NCBI GenBank assembly: GCA_002436405.1
Contig: DJLZ01000005.1
Coordinates: 635,463 to 667,462 of the forward strand
Direction: 5' to 3'
Length of the DNA stretch: 32,000 bases
Source: Proteobacteria bacterium UBA6503
GTDB taxonomy: Bacteria; Pseudomonadota; Alphaproteobacteria; UBA1280; UBA6503
Each line of letters starts with the position of its first letter. The stretch's first letter is position 1. A program made the position numbers and the translations under genes. Shown piece after piece: positions 17,071 through 26,706 of the stretch. Below the pieces are notes generated by a model. The model did not search any database. It saw only the letters and a list, made by a program, of their open reading frames with translations, and was not told the origin of the DNA.

Positions 17071-17643
17071 TTACTTAGCGTCTTTTTTCGCTGTTGTTTT
17101 CTTAGCAGCTGGCTTCTTTTCAGAAGTAGACTTAGCAGAAGCTTCTTTCTTAGGAGCAGCCTTTTTAGGGGCAGCTTTCTTAGTTTCAGTCTTCTTCTCT
17201 TCAGTCTTCTTAGCAGCTTCTTTCTTTGGAGCAGCTTTCTTAGCTGATTTCTTCTCAGCTTTTTCTTCTGAACCAAAAGCAGTTGCTGGCTTGTCTGTTA
17301 GCTCAATGATAGCCATTGGAGCTGCATCGCCTAGGCGGAAGCCTGCTTTAATAATACGTGTGTAACCACCAGCGCGGTCTTTGTTAGCTGGGCCAATGTT
17401 GTCGAACAAGTGTTTTAGTACTTCTTGCTCTTTAACTTTAGCACCCGCTAGACGACGTGAGTGAAGGTCACCCTTCTTCGCTAGGGTAATTAGTGGCTCA
17501 ACAACCTTACGTAGGTCCTTTGCTTTAGGCAAAGTAGTACGGATTTGGCCGTGCTTCAGTAGTGAAGTTGCCATGTTTTCAAACAAAGCTTTGCGGTGCT
17601 CTTTAGTGCGACCTAGCTTACGACCTGACATACCGTGACGCAT
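17071..17643 (-). CDS. rplQ: 50S ribosomal protein bL17 with ~70-aa Lys/Ala-rich C-terminal extension
   Basis: 190-aa ORF '[29 protein letters not shown]...GGYTRIIK'. Last gene after rpoA. Confidence 0.95.
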   Translation of the reverse strand: MRHGMSGRKLGRTKEHRKALFENMATSLLKHGQIRTTLPKAKDLRKVVEPLITLAKKGDLHSRRLAGAKVKEQEVLKHLFDNIGPANKDRAGGYTRIIKAGFRLGDAAPMAIIELTDKPATAFGSEEKAEKKSAKKAAPKKEAAKKTEEKKTETKKAAPKKAAPKKEASAKSTSEKKPAAKKTTAKKDAK

Positions 17644-17674
17644 GTTCGTATCCTCTCAGTTTCTTTAGTTCTGT

Positions 17675-18691
17675 TTAGAACTGACGCTCGTGTTTACGAG
17701 CTAGTTCTTCAATGTTTTCAGGCGGCCAGTTGTCTAGCTCCATGCCCAGTTTAAGTTCCATGTGTGACAGAACTTCTTTAATTTCGTTCAGTGACTTACG
17801 ACCGAAGTTAGGAGTCTTAAGCATTTCTGACTCTGTCTTCTGTACTAGGTCACCAATGTAAACGATGTTGTCGTTCTTCAAGCAGTTTGCACTACGTACT
17901 GACAACTCAAGCTCTTCAACCTTCATCAATAGGTTCGGGTTAAAGCTTAGCTCGTCTTCTTTACGGTTGTCTTCTTCTTCAACTTCTTCGAAGTTAATGA
18001 ATGTCGCCAACTGGTCTTGCAGAATACGTGCAGCAAAAGCAACAGCGTCTTCAGGTGTTACAACACCGTTGGTTTCGATTTCCATAGTAAGCTTGTCGTA
18101 GTCAGTAATCTGACCAACACGAGCATCGTCAACCTTGTATGCTACACGACGTACTGGCGAGAAGATTGAGTCGATAGATACCAAACCAATCATCGCGTTT
18201 TCTGGGGCGTGTGCTGAAGCTGGCTCGTAACCTTTACCTGTAGCAATGGTTAGTTCCATTTCAAGCGTGCCTTCATCTGACAAAGTCGCAATGTGGTGAT
18301 CTTTGTCGATGATCTCAACGTCGTGAGTTGTTTCAATGTCGCCTGCAGTTACAACGCCAGCACCCTTAGCTTTAAGAGTAACTGTCTTTGTACCTTCTGA
18401 GTGAAGGCGAACAGCCATAGTTTTAAGGTTCAAGATGATGTCAGTTACATCTTCTTGTACACCAGGGATAGATGAAAACTCATGCAGAACGTTTTCAATC
18501 TTTACCATGGTTACTGCTGAACCTTGTAGGCTTGAAAGCAGTGTGCGGCGCAAAGCGTTACCAAGTGTGTAACCAAAGCCGCGCTCTAGTGGTTCTAGAA
18601 CGATCTTAGCAAATTTGCGTTCGTCCTTACCTGCAACGATATCAATCTTGCTAGGTTTAATAAGTTCTTTCCAATTAGCCTGAATCTGCAT
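17675..18691 (-). CDS. rpoA: DNA-directed RNA polymerase subunit alpha
   Basis: 338-aa ORF. '[23 protein letters not shown]' (NTD) and '[22 protein letters not shown]' (CTD). Confidence 0.97.
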   Translation of the reverse strand: MQIQANWKELIKPSKIDIVAGKDERKFAKIVLEPLERGFGYTLGNALRRTLLSSLQGSAVTMVKIENVLHEFSSIPGVQEDVTDIILNLKTMAVRLHSEGTKTVTLKAKGAGVVTAGDIETTHDVEIIDKDHHIATLSDEGTLEMELTIATGKGYEPASAHAPENAMIGLVSIDSIFSPVRRVAYKVDDARVGQITDYDKLTMEIETNGVVTPEDAVAFAARILQDQLATFINFEEVEEEDNRKEDELSFNPNLLMKVEELELSVRSANCLKNDNIVYIGDLVQKTESEMLKTPNFGRKSLNEIKEVLSHMELKLGMELDNWPPENIEELARKHERQF

Positions 18692-18736
18692 GTCTGATCC
18701 CCGTTTTTATGGGTTGAATTAAAGTGTGTACACAGA

Positions 18737-18766
18737 AAACTGTGCCGCCAACCAACGGCACAGTTT
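18737..18766 (-). terminator. terminator/attenuator-like hairpin between rpsK and rpoA
   Basis: Minus-strand reading is AAACTGTGCCG-ttggttgg-CGGCACAGTTT followed by TCTGTGT. 11-bp stem. Confidence 0.45.
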
Positions 18767-18779
18767 CTACAAAAGTCAA

Positions 18780-19169
18780 TTAAACGCGGCGGCGCTTTGG
18801 TGGACGGCAACCGTTGTGAGGAATAGATGTCACATCGCGGATTGCAGTCACTGTCAAACCAAGGGCTTGCAGAGCACGTACAGCTGATTCACGACCTGAA
18901 CCAGGACCTTTTACGTTTACTTCTAGAACTTGTAGGCCGTGCTCTTGAGCAGCTTTACCAGCTACTTCTGCAGCAATCTGAGCTGCAAATGGAGTTGACT
19001 TACGTGAGCCTTTGAAGCCTTGTGAGCCAGAGCTTGACCATGAAATTGCGTTACCTTGAACATCAGTAATAGTAACCATTGTGTTGTTGAACGTTGAGTT
19101 AACGTGTGCAACACCGTTAGTGATGTTCTTTTTCGCTTTACGTTTTGTACGAGATGCTGGACGTGCCAT
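18780..19169 (-). CDS. rpsK: 30S ribosomal protein uS11
   Basis: 129-aa ORF '...[22 protein letters not shown]...'. Operon position. Confidence 0.96.
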   Translation of the reverse strand: MARPASRTKRKAKKNITNGVAHVNSTFNNTMVTITDVQGNAISWSSSGSQGFKGSRKSTPFAAQIAAEVAGKAAQEHGLQVLEVNVKGPGSGRESAVRALQALGLTVTAIRDVTSIPHNGCRPPKRRRV

Positions 19170-19193
19170 TCTATCTACCTACCTATCTCTTAA

Positions 19194-19565
19194 TTACTTC
19201 TTCTTACCAGCTACAGCAGTACCGCGAGGGCCTTTACGTGTACGGGCGTTTGTTACTGTGCGCTGACCACGAACTGGCAAACCACGACGGTGGCGTAGGC
19301 CACGGTAGCAACCTAGGTCCATCAGGCGCTTAATGTTAAGAGAAACTTCACGACGAAGGTCACCTTCTACGTTGTGATCTTTATCGATGATGTCACGAAT
19401 CAAAGCGATTTCGTCTTCGTTCAAATCTTTAACGCGACGATCAGTTTTGATCTTTGCTTTCTCTAGAATACTTTTAGATGTAACACGGCCAATCCCATGA
19501 ATATAAGTCAATGAGATCCAAACCTGTTTATCTGTTGGGATGTTCACACCGGCAATACGAGCCAC
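19194..19565 (-). CDS. rpsM: 30S ribosomal protein uS13
   Basis: 123-aa ORF '[27 protein letters not shown]...'. Confidence 0.96.
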   Translation of the reverse strand: MARIAGVNIPTDKQVWISLTYIHGIGRVTSKSILEKAKIKTDRRVKDLNEDEIALIRDIIDKDHNVEGDLRREVSLNIKRLMDLGCYRGLRHRRGLPVRGQRTVTNARTRKGPRGTAVAGKKK

Positions 19566-19678
19566 GGTTCAACTCCTTCTTTAAAACTTTTAATACTGCT
19601 AGGGCAAAATACCCTAGAACTTAGGGAAAATAGCAGATATTTAACTGCTGTCAACCCAAAGCTACCTATTTTTTTATT

Positions 19679-19792
19679 TTAGCCTTGACGCTGCTTGTGG
19701 TTAGGGTCTTGGCAAATAACAAATACACGACCGTTGCGCTTCACGATACGGCAGTGCTTACAACGCTTTTTAGCAGATGCTTGAACATGCAT
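19679..19792 (-). CDS. rpmJ: 50S ribosomal protein bL36 (Cys3-His zinc type)
   Basis: Absent from the ORF track because it is under 60 aa. My translation of the minus strand is '[37 protein letters not shown]'. AAGGAG lies about 8 nt upstream of the ATG. Confidence 0.9.
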   Translation of the reverse strand: MHVQASAKKRCKHCRIVKRNGRVFVICQDPNHKQRQG

Positions 19793-19828
19793 GATGGTTA
19801 CTCCTTTATAAAAATCAAGCCTTAGGGT

Positions 19829-20047
19829 TTACTTTTTACGGTAAACGATTCGGCCTTTGCTCAAATCATAGGGGGTCATTTCCAGTGTTACTTGGTCCCC
19901 AGTCAAAATACGGATAAAGTGTTTACGCATACGACCCGAAATGTGCGCCAGAACCTGGTGACCATTTTCAAGCTTTACACGGAACATAGCGTTAGGCAGA
20001 ACCTCTACCACTTCGCCGTCTACTTCGATCATGTCTTCTTTTGACAC
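19829..20047 (-). CDS. infA: translation initiation factor IF-1
   Basis: 72-aa ORF '[48 protein letters not shown]...'. Confidence 0.95.
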   Translation of the reverse strand: MSKEDMIEVDGEVVEVLPNAMFRVKLENGHQVLAHISGRMRKHFIRILTGDQVTLEMTPYDLSKGRIVYRKK

Positions 20048-20073
20048 GGTAACTCCCTACTCAAATTATTAAA

Positions 20074-20742
20074 CTATGCTTGTTGTGCCGACGCGGTGGT
20101 AATACCCATCGCTGTGCACAGGTCGGCAAAAACTTCATCAACTGAACCCATGCCGTCAATTTCTTTTAGTCTGCCTTGATTACGGTAGAACTCAACAACC
20201 GGGGCTGTTTGTTCACGGTAAACGTTTAGGCGGTGGCGAACGACGTCTTCTTTGTCATCTTGACGCTGAACAAGGTCTTCACCTGTTTCGTCACACTTCC
20301 CATCTACTTTAGGTGGGTTGTGCTCCACGTGGTACGTGCGGCCTGAGCCTAGCGCAACACGGCGGCCTGTAAACCGCTTAATGAGGTCTTCTTCTGCTAC
20401 CTTTAGGTTAACAATCGCATCTAATGACACGTCAGAAGAGCTCAAAACTTTATCGAGTGCTTGTGCTTGTGCCACAGTTCGGGGCAGTCCGTCAAGCACA
20501 AAACCTGTTTTACAGTCTGGCTTTGTAATACGCTTAGCCAAAATGCTCATAATTAGTTCGTCAGAAACCAAGTCACCGCGGTTAATGCAGTCAGCCACTT
20601 CTTTGCCAATATCGCTTTCGGCTTTAACTTCTGCACGAAGCATATCGCCAGTTGAAAGCTTTGGCACACCTAGAGTTTCGGCGGCAAGTTGAGCTTGGGT
20701 TCCTTTACCGGCCCCTGGAGGGCCCATCAGTACGAGGCGCAT
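20074..20742 (-). CDS. adk: adenylate kinase
   Basis: 222-aa ORF. P-loop 'GPPGAGKGTQA', 'FVLDGLPRTVAQA' and a LID segment without the Cys4 zinc site. Confidence 0.95.
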   Translation of the reverse strand: MRLVLMGPPGAGKGTQAQLAAETLGVPKLSTGDMLRAEVKAESDIGKEVADCINRGDLVSDELIMSILAKRITKPDCKTGFVLDGLPRTVAQAQALDKVLSSSDVSLDAIVNLKVAEEDLIKRFTGRRVALGSGRTYHVEHNPPKVDGKCDETGEDLVQRQDDKEDVVRHRLNVYREQTAPVVEFYRNQGRLKEIDGMGSVDEVFADLCTAMGITTASAQQA

Positions 20743-20751
20743 TTTTCTACC

Positions 20752-22104
20752 TTAGATCCTTGCTTTACGGCCACCACGTAGGCGAGCCTTCTTCATCAAG
20801 CCTTCGTAGCGGTGTGCTACCAAAGCTGCCTGTACGCGGCTCATGCTGTCTAGTGCAACAGTCACCACAATCAATAGACTTGTACCACCAAAGTAGAATG
20901 GCACGCCGTATTGGCCAATTACCATCTGTGGAAGCACACAAATAAATGAGATGTAAACCGAACCGATGATCATCAAACGGGTCATCACTTTATCGAAGTA
21001 TTTAGCTGTCTGTGCACCTGGACGAATACCAGGAACAAAGCCGCCTTCTTTCTTAATACGCTCAGCCATCTTCTCAGGGTCCATCATAAGGGCAACCCAC
21101 CAGAAGCTGAAAATAAAGATCCCTGCCACAAACAGAGTGTTAAACACCCAGTGGCTAGGGTTTAGGTACATTGCAATGTAGCTTGCAACGTTTGAGCTAC
21201 CAGCAGAGTCTGCAAAGAACTGCTGAAGCATGAAACTTGGTGCCAATAGAAGCTGTGACGCTAGAATAGGACCCATAACACCCGCTAGGTTAACCTTAAG
21301 GGGCATATGGTTCACTTCACCACCTGATTGACGTGCACCTACCTGACGTTTCGGGTACTGCACTGTAATCTTGCGGTGGGCGCTCTCCATGAATACACAG
21401 AAAGCAATAATCACAACAACCATAATGGCTAGGCCAATCAGTGCAAATTCACTTAGTGAGCCTTCACGGGCCAAAGCAAAGGTTTGGATAAGGGCTTTAG
21501 GTAGCTCAGCGACGATACCTGCAAAAATCAACAGTGATGCACCGTTACCGATACCACGGGTGTTAATTTGCTCGGCCATCCATACAACAAACATTGCACC
21601 TGCAGTGAATGTAAGCGCTGTATGTAGCTTAAAGCCAATGCCTGGGTGCAGCACAACACCATCAGCCGCCATCAGCGCTGAAGACAGCATAAAGCCGTTC
21701 ATCATCGCAATACCAACAGTTAGGTAGCGAGTGTACTGGTTAATCTTGCGTTTACCCGCCTCGCCTTCTTTCTCCAACTCTTGGAGTGAAGGAACGGTCT
21801 TAGCAAGAATCTGCACAAAAATAGAGGCAAGAATGTAAGGAATAATGTTAAGGGCAAAAATAGAGGCACGGGCAAAAGCACCACCTGTGAACATGTTCAA
21901 CATGCCCAAGATGCCTTCTTGTAGGTTTGCCTGAGAGAACTTCGCCAGCGCGATTGGGTCAATCCCTGGGATAGGAATATGCGTACCCATACGGAATACA
22001 ATAAGAACACCTAAAACAAACAGAATGCGACGTTGTAGGTCCTTAGCTTTACCAAACGCTTCAACTGCAGCGTTTGAATTTTTCTGTTGGCGTTGTGAAG
22101 CCAT
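20752..22104 (-). CDS. secY: preprotein translocase subunit SecY
   Basis: Start moved to ATG 22104 ('MASQRQQKNS...', 450 aa). Polytopic membrane protein with SecY-typical segments ('FALNIIPYILASIFVQIL', 'GGTSLLIVV'). Confidence 0.95.
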   Translation of the reverse strand: MASQRQQKNSNAAVEAFGKAKDLQRRILFVLGVLIVFRMGTHIPIPGIDPIALAKFSQANLQEGILGMLNMFTGGAFARASIFALNIIPYILASIFVQILAKTVPSLQELEKEGEAGKRKINQYTRYLTVGIAMMNGFMLSSALMAADGVVLHPGIGFKLHTALTFTAGAMFVVWMAEQINTRGIGNGASLLIFAGIVAELPKALIQTFALAREGSLSEFALIGLAIMVVVIIAFCVFMESAHRKITVQYPKRQVGARQSGGEVNHMPLKVNLAGVMGPILASQLLLAPSFMLQQFFADSAGSSNVASYIAMYLNPSHWVFNTLFVAGIFIFSFWWVALMMDPEKMAERIKKEGGFVPGIRPGAQTAKYFDKVMTRLMIIGSVYISFICVLPQMVIGQYGVPFYFGGTSLLIVVTVALDSMSRVQAALVAHRYEGLMKKARLRGGRKARI

Positions 22105-22174
22105 GGGCGTATTCCCTCTCAAAAAGTTAAAAGTATGCACAGCATACTAACAAAAATAAGCAAGTCTGGTCGGC

Positions 22175-22213
22175 AAAAAGCAGTCCCCAGCACATAAAAG
22201 TGCTGGGAACTGC
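22175..22213 (-). terminator. strong intrinsic terminator between rplO and secY
   Basis: Minus-strand reading is GCAGTTCCCAGCAC-ttttat-GTGCTGGGGACTGC-TTTTTGCC. 14-bp stem with one G-U pair, followed by a U run. Confidence 0.65.
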
Positions 22214-22228
22214 CTAAAACCTTAAGCT

Positions 22229-22756
22229 TTAGCTTTTAGCAGCTTCTTGACGACGAAGAACCTGCTTAGGTAGGAATTTTTCGATCTTAGTTAGTGGAGC
22301 AACAGTTACTTTGCCACCAGCTTTTTCGATTTTTTCCTGAGCTGATTTAGAAATCGCTTGAGTTTCGATTGTCAGCTTAGCTGAAATCTCACCTGAGCCT
22401 AGGATCTTAAGACCGTCGTGCTCTTTTTTAGTGAAGCCGATTTCTTTCAGTAGTTCTAGGTTAACGGTTTTCTTACCGTCTAGACGCTTGTCATCAACCA
22501 TCTTTTGTAGCTGTGATAGGTTCACAGTTACGAAAGTTTTACGGAAGTTGAAGTTGTTAAAACCACGAATTGGCAAGCGACGGTATAGAGGGTTTTGACC
22601 ACCTTCGAAACCTGGCATTACTTTACCACCTGAACGTGATTTCTGACCTTTTTGGCCACGACCACAGGTTTTACCAACGCCGCTACCGATACCACGACCA
22701 ACACGTTGTGCTAGACCGCGTGCGCCTTTGTTATCGCTTAGTGTGTTTAGTTTCAT
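22229..22756 (-). CDS. rplO: 50S ribosomal protein uL15
   Basis: 175-aa ORF 'MKLNTLSDNKGARGLAQRVGRGIGSGVGKTCGRGQKGQKSRSG...'. Confidence 0.95.
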   Translation of the reverse strand: MKLNTLSDNKGARGLAQRVGRGIGSGVGKTCGRGQKGQKSRSGGKVMPGFEGGQNPLYRRLPIRGFNNFNFRKTFVTVNLSQLQKMVDDKRLDGKKTVNLELLKEIGFTKKEHDGLKILGSGEISAKLTIETQAISKSAQEKIEKAGGKVTVAPLTKIEKFLPKQVLRRQEAAKS

Positions 22757-22780
22757 AATACTATCCTTTATATAAGGCTA

Positions 22781-22963
22781 TTATTTAGCAACGGTAACTA
22801 GGTGGCTGACCTTGTTGATCATGCCCCAAGTTGCGTCGTTGTCTGGCAACTCAACAGTACGGTGCATTTTACCTAGGCCCATTGCTTTAAGCGTGGCGCC
22901 TTGGCTTTTCTCGCGACCGATTGAACTACGAGTTTGCGTTACTTTAACAGTTTTAGAAGCCAT
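22781..22963 (-). CDS. rpmD: 50S ribosomal protein uL30
   Basis: 60-aa ORF 'MASKTVKVTQTRSSIGREKSQGATLKAMGLGKMHRTVELPD...'. The SD AAGGAGG lies inside the rpsE 3' end. Confidence 0.93.
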   Translation of the reverse strand: MASKTVKVTQTRSSIGREKSQGATLKAMGLGKMHRTVELPDNDATWGMINKVSHLVTVAK

Positions 22964-22965
22964 GA

Positions 22966-23673
22966 TTATTTAGCCTCCTTCTTAGCTGTTGTCTTAGCGG
23001 CAGCTTTTTTAGCTGGTGCTTTTTTCTCAGCTTTAGCGTCGTCCTTCTTCGCAGCAGCCTTCTTAGGTGCAGCCTTCTTAGCAGGAGCTTTTTCAGCTTT
23101 AGCAGCTGGCTTAGCTTCTGTTGAAGTTTCTTCGCCTGATGAGATTGGCACACCGGCGCTTACGCGGCGGTCACGCAATTCATTCATTTTAAGGCCACGC
23201 TTAGCAGCAATACCACGAGGTGTTTGCATGTTAGCGAAAGCTTCAAATGTAGCTTGAATTAGGTTGTATGGGTTGTTTGAACCAAGTGACTTAGCAACAA
23301 CGTCGCGCATGCCCATTGATTCGAAAACAGCACGCATTGGACCACCGGCAATAATACCAGTACCAGGTGTTGCTGGTTTCATGAATACCTTTGAACCACC
23401 GAATTCACCGTAAATGTTGTGGTGAATTGTGCGGCCTTCGCGCATTGGAACGCGAACCATACGTTTTTTAGCTTCGTCGGTTGCTTTACGAACAGCTTCA
23501 GGCACTTCTTTAGCCTTACCACTACCCCAACCTACGCGGCCAGCTTCATCACCCACAACAACAATTGCTGAGAATGAAAAACGGCGGCCACCTTTAACTA
23601 CTTTAGCAACGCGACCAATATTAACGAGCTTATCTACGTAGCCGCTGTTGTCTTTTTCTTCTCTGAAAGCCAT
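22966..23673 (-). CDS. rpsE: 30S ribosomal protein uS5 with ~65-aa Lys/Ala/Pro-rich C-terminal extension
   Basis: 235-aa ORF '...[26 protein letters not shown]...'. The tail is '[49 protein letters not shown]'. Confidence 0.95.
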   Translation of the reverse strand: MAFREEKDNSGYVDKLVNIGRVAKVVKGGRRFSFSAIVVVGDEAGRVGWGSGKAKEVPEAVRKATDEAKKRMVRVPMREGRTIHHNIYGEFGGSKVFMKPATPGTGIIAGGPMRAVFESMGMRDVVAKSLGSNNPYNLIQATFEAFANMQTPRGIAAKRGLKMNELRDRRVSAGVPISSGEETSTEAKPAAKAEKAPAKKAAPKKAAAKKDDAKAEKKAPAKKAAAKTTAKKEAK

Positions 23674-23698
23674 TTTACTTTACTTCCTTACTATACGA

Positions 23699-24061
23699 TT
23701 AAAAGTTCAGGCCACCAGCGCGTGCAGCGTCTGCCAAAGCCTTAACACGGCCATGGTAACGGAAAGCACCACGGTCAAAGAATACATCTTTAACACCGGC
23801 TTTTTTCGCACGTTTTGCTAGTTCTTCACCTACTTTGGTTGCGCCATCAATGCTTGCACCTGACTTGATGCTGCCACGTAGCTCTTTATCAACTGTTGAA
23901 GCTGAAACAAGTGTTTTGCCTTCAGCGTCGTCGATAATTTGTGCGTAAATGTGGCTGTTGCTGCGGAAGATGCTTAGGCGTTGACGGCCTGTACCTGTAG
24001 CAGCAGCTTTCAAGTGGTGACGCATACGACGAGCGCGGCGGACTACTTTATTCTCAATCAT
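23699..24061 (-). CDS. rplR: 50S ribosomal protein uL18
   Basis: 120-aa ORF '...[18 protein letters not shown]...[26 protein letters not shown]'. Confidence 0.95.
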   Translation of the reverse strand: MIENKVVRRARRMRHHLKAAATGTGRQRLSIFRSNSHIYAQIIDDAEGKTLVSASTVDKELRGSIKSGASIDGATKVGEELAKRAKKAGVKDVFFDRGAFRYHGRVKALADAARAGGLNF

Positions 24062-24097
24062 TTTAAAAACCCTTTAGCTAATACGTTTAATTAGCGG

Positions 24098-24634
24098 TTA
24101 TTTTTTCTTCTTGCCTTCTTTCATGCGTACACGTTCGTCAGCGTAACGGATACCTTTACCTTTGTAAGGCTCCGGAGGACGAACTGCGCGCACGTCGGCA
24201 GCAAATTGGCCAAGCTTTTGCTTGTCAAAACCAGTAATAGAAATGTTGGTGTTGTCGGTAACTTCTACCTTCAAACCTTCAGGAATTGGCATTTCAACAG
24301 GGTGTGAAAAACCAGCGCTAATATCTAGCAAGTTCCCTTTAACAGCAGCACGGTAACCAACGCCATGAACAGTAAGCTTTTTCGAAAAACCTTCTGAAAC
24401 ACCTTGAACCATGTTTGCGATGGTTGCGCGGCTGGTGCCCCATAGAGCACGTGCAGCTTTAGTGTTGTTGCGAGGCTCAAAAGTCACCTCGTTATCTTTA
24501 TGTGAAAATTCCACGTCCTGATGAACAGACCAGGTCATTGTGCCTAGTTTGCCCTTAACAGTAATATCGCGGCCATTAACCTGTAGTTCTACACCTTGAG
24601 GAATAGCAACAGGGTTCTTACCAACTCGTGACAT
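24098..24634 (-). CDS. rplF: 50S ribosomal protein uL6
   Basis: 178-aa ORF 'MSRVGKNPVAIPQGVELQVNGRDITVKG...'. Confidence 0.95.
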   Translation of the reverse strand: MSRVGKNPVAIPQGVELQVNGRDITVKGKLGTMTWSVHQDVEFSHKDNEVTFEPRNNTKAARALWGTSRATIANMVQGVSEGFSKKLTVHGVGYRAAVKGNLLDISAGFSHPVEMPIPEGLKVEVTDNTNISITGFDKQKLGQFAADVRAVRPPEPYKGKGIRYADERVRMKEGKKKK

Positions 24635-24652
24635 TTTATAAACTCCCTTATC

Positions 24653-25051
24653 TTAGAAGACTTGGCACAGCAGTTCGCCGCCAAGTTTCTTTTCACGTGC
24701 GTCCATATCAGTCATTACACCGTGTGAAGTTGTCACGATAGTAATACCGAGACCATCACGCATTGTTGGAATGTCTGTTGAACTTGTGTACTGACGAAGG
24801 CCAGGTGTTGAAAGACGCTTAATTTCGTTGATTACAGGCTGACCTGCGTAGTATTTCAACTCAACATCAAGAACTGCAAAGCCCTTTTCGTCTTTAGCTT
24901 CTGTTACACCAAGGATGTAACCTTCTTTTTCTAGTACTTCAGCAATAGCCTTCTTCACTTTAGAAGCAGGCATGCGCACTACATTTTTCTTTGCATGCTG
25001 GCCGTTACGAATACGGGTCAACATATCTGCAATTGGATCACTCATAGTCAT
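24653..25051 (-). CDS. rpsH: 30S ribosomal protein uS8
   Basis: 132-aa ORF '[22 protein letters not shown]...'. Confidence 0.95.
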   Translation of the reverse strand: MTMSDPIADMLTRIRNGQHAKKNVVRMPASKVKKAIAEVLEKEGYILGVTEAKDEKGFAVLDVELKYYAGQPVINEIKRLSTPGLRQYTSSTDIPTMRDGLGITIVTTSHGVMTDMDAREKKLGGELLCQVF

Positions 25052-25061
25052 AGTAATACCC

Positions 25062-25367
25062 TTACCAGCTAGATTTTGTTACGCCAGGCAACTTACCGTA
25101 AGAGGCCATCTCACGGAAAACGTTACGGCAAATTTTGAACTTACGGTAGTTACCGCGACCACGACCTGTGATCGAACAACGGTTACGTACACGTACTGAG
25201 CTAGAATCTTTTGGAAGCTTGTTCAGAGCATCACGAGCGTCCATGCGCTCGTCCCATGAAAGGCTTTCGTCAATGATTTTAGCTTTTAGCTCCGCGCGAA
25301 GGTCAGCCTTGTTTTCTACAAGACGTTTACGACGTTCGTTACGGTTGATAACACCAACTTTAGCCAT
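25062..25367 (-). CDS. rpsN: 30S ribosomal protein uS14 (long, non-zinc form)
   Basis: 101-aa ORF '...[43 protein letters not shown]'. The TAATG overlap with the rplE stop suggests translational coupling. Confidence 0.95.
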   Translation of the reverse strand: MAKVGVINRNERRKRLVENKADLRAELKAKIIDESLSWDERMDARDALNKLPKDSSSVRVRNRCSITGRGRGNYRKFKICRNVFREMASYGKLPGVTKSSW

Positions 25368-25969
25368 TATTGGTCATCTCCTTTTGTCTGTCCTTTGAAA
25401 GGCATGCCGAACTCTTTAAGTAGAGCTAGAGCGCCTTTATTGTCTTCTGCTGTTGTACAGATAATGATATCCATACCACGGACCATATCGGTCTTGTCAA
25501 AATCAATCTCAGGGAAGATCAACTGTTCCTTGATACCCATGGCATAGTTGCCACGGCCGTCAAATGACTTAGCTGATACACCTTCAAAGTCGCGAACACG
25601 AGGTAGAGCGATTGTTACCAAACGGTCTAGGAATTCGTACATGCGGCGGCCGCGTAGAGTTACTTTACAACCTACTGGCATGCCTTCACGAATTTTAAAT
25701 GTCGCGATTGATTTCTTAGCGCGTGTTACAACTGGAGCCTGACCAGTGATAAGGCTCATGTCGCGTACTGCGCCGTCGATCAATTTTTTGTCTTCGTTAG
25801 CTTTACCAACACCCATGTTTACCACGATCTTAGTTAGACGAGGTACAGCCATTGGGTTTTTAATGCCCAATTCCTTTTTAAGGTCGGCAGCAATGCGCTC
25901 GTCGTACTCTTTACGTAGACGTGTCATTGCAGGTGCTGCTGCTTTTTTGGTGGTTTTTTTCTCAACCAT
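25367..25969 (-). CDS. rplE: 50S ribosomal protein uL5
   Basis: 200-aa ORF. The uL5 core begins at '[16 protein letters not shown]...' and is preceded by a 14-aa '[14 protein letters not shown]' extension. ATG 25927 is an alternative start. Confidence 0.93.
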   Translation of the reverse strand: MVEKKTTKKAAAPAMTRLRKEYDERIAADLKKELGIKNPMAVPRLTKIVVNMGVGKANEDKKLIDGAVRDMSLITGQAPVVTRAKKSIATFKIREGMPVGCKVTLRGRRMYEFLDRLVTIALPRVRDFEGVSAKSFDGRGNYAMGIKEQLIFPEIDFDKTDMVRGMDIIICTTAEDNKGALALLKEFGMPFKGQTKGDDQ

Positions 25970-25979
25970 TAGTCCACCC

Positions 25980-26312
25980 TTACTTATCTAGTTCTTGGCC
26001 GCTCTTTTTGGCAAAGCGTACTTTTTTGCCATCTTTGAGCGTTTTGAAGCCAATACGAGTTGCTTCACCTGTTTTAGGGTCAGCAATCATCACGTTAGAA
26101 ACGTGGATTGGAGCTTCTTTGTTAATAATACCGGCTTCATCGCCCATACGCATTGGACGCTGGTGACGCTTCACCATGTTCAAACCACCCACGATAACGC
26201 GGTCTTCTTTGGTTAGAACTTTAGTGATAACACCAGTTTTGCCTTTTTCCTTACCAGCAGTAACAATTACGTTATCGCCAGTTTTTAGGTAGCTGTTGAA
26301 TTGACGTGTCAT
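25980..26312 (-). CDS. rplX: 50S ribosomal protein uL24
   Basis: 110-aa ORF '...[24 protein letters not shown]...' with a KOW motif. Confidence 0.95.
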   Translation of the reverse strand: MTRQFNSYLKTGDNVIVTAGKEKGKTGVITKVLTKEDRVIVGGLNMVKRHQRPMRMGDEAGIINKEAPIHVSNVMIADPKTGEATRIGFKTLKDGKKVRFAKKSGQELDK

Positions 26313-26314
26313 GA

Positions 26315-26683
26315 TTACAGCACCTCCGGAGCCAATGAAACGATTTTCATGTACTGGCGAGCGCGCAGTTCACGGGCCACAGGGCCAAAAATACGTGTAC
26401 CTACTGGTTCGCCTTTTTTGTCGATAAGTACAGCTGCGTTTCGGTCGAAACGGATTGTTGTACCATCTTTACGGTGAATCTCTTTTGCTGAGCGTACGAT
26501 AACGGCACGAGCAACTTCACCTTTTTTAACTTTACCGCGAGGGATAGCGTCTTTAATGGCGACAACAATAACATCACCTACGCGAGCGTAGCGGCGCTTT
26601 GAGCCACCTAGAACTTTAATACACTGTACAAGACGTGCACCAGAGTTGTCAGCGACATCCATTGTGCTTTCTACTTGGATCAT
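26315..26683 (-). CDS. rplN: 50S ribosomal protein uL14
   Basis: 122-aa ORF '[33 protein letters not shown]...'. Confidence 0.97.
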   Translation of the reverse strand: MIQVESTMDVADNSGARLVQCIKVLGGSKRRYARVGDVIVVAIKDAIPRGKVKKGEVARAVIVRSAKEIHRKDGTTIRFDRNAAVLIDKKGEPVGTRIFGPVARELRARQYMKIVSLAPEVL

Positions 26684-26706
26684 CTTTTTCTACTCCAATT
26701 AGGATG

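Noticed and set aside
16986-17276. 96-aa '[26 protein letters not shown]...' ORF, together with the similar ORFs 22953..23153 (-), 22934..23257 (+) and 2400..2588 (+)
   Set aside because: These are alternate-frame or antisense readings of the Lys/Ala-codon repeats that encode the L17, S5 and RodZ tails. They are low-complexity artefacts.
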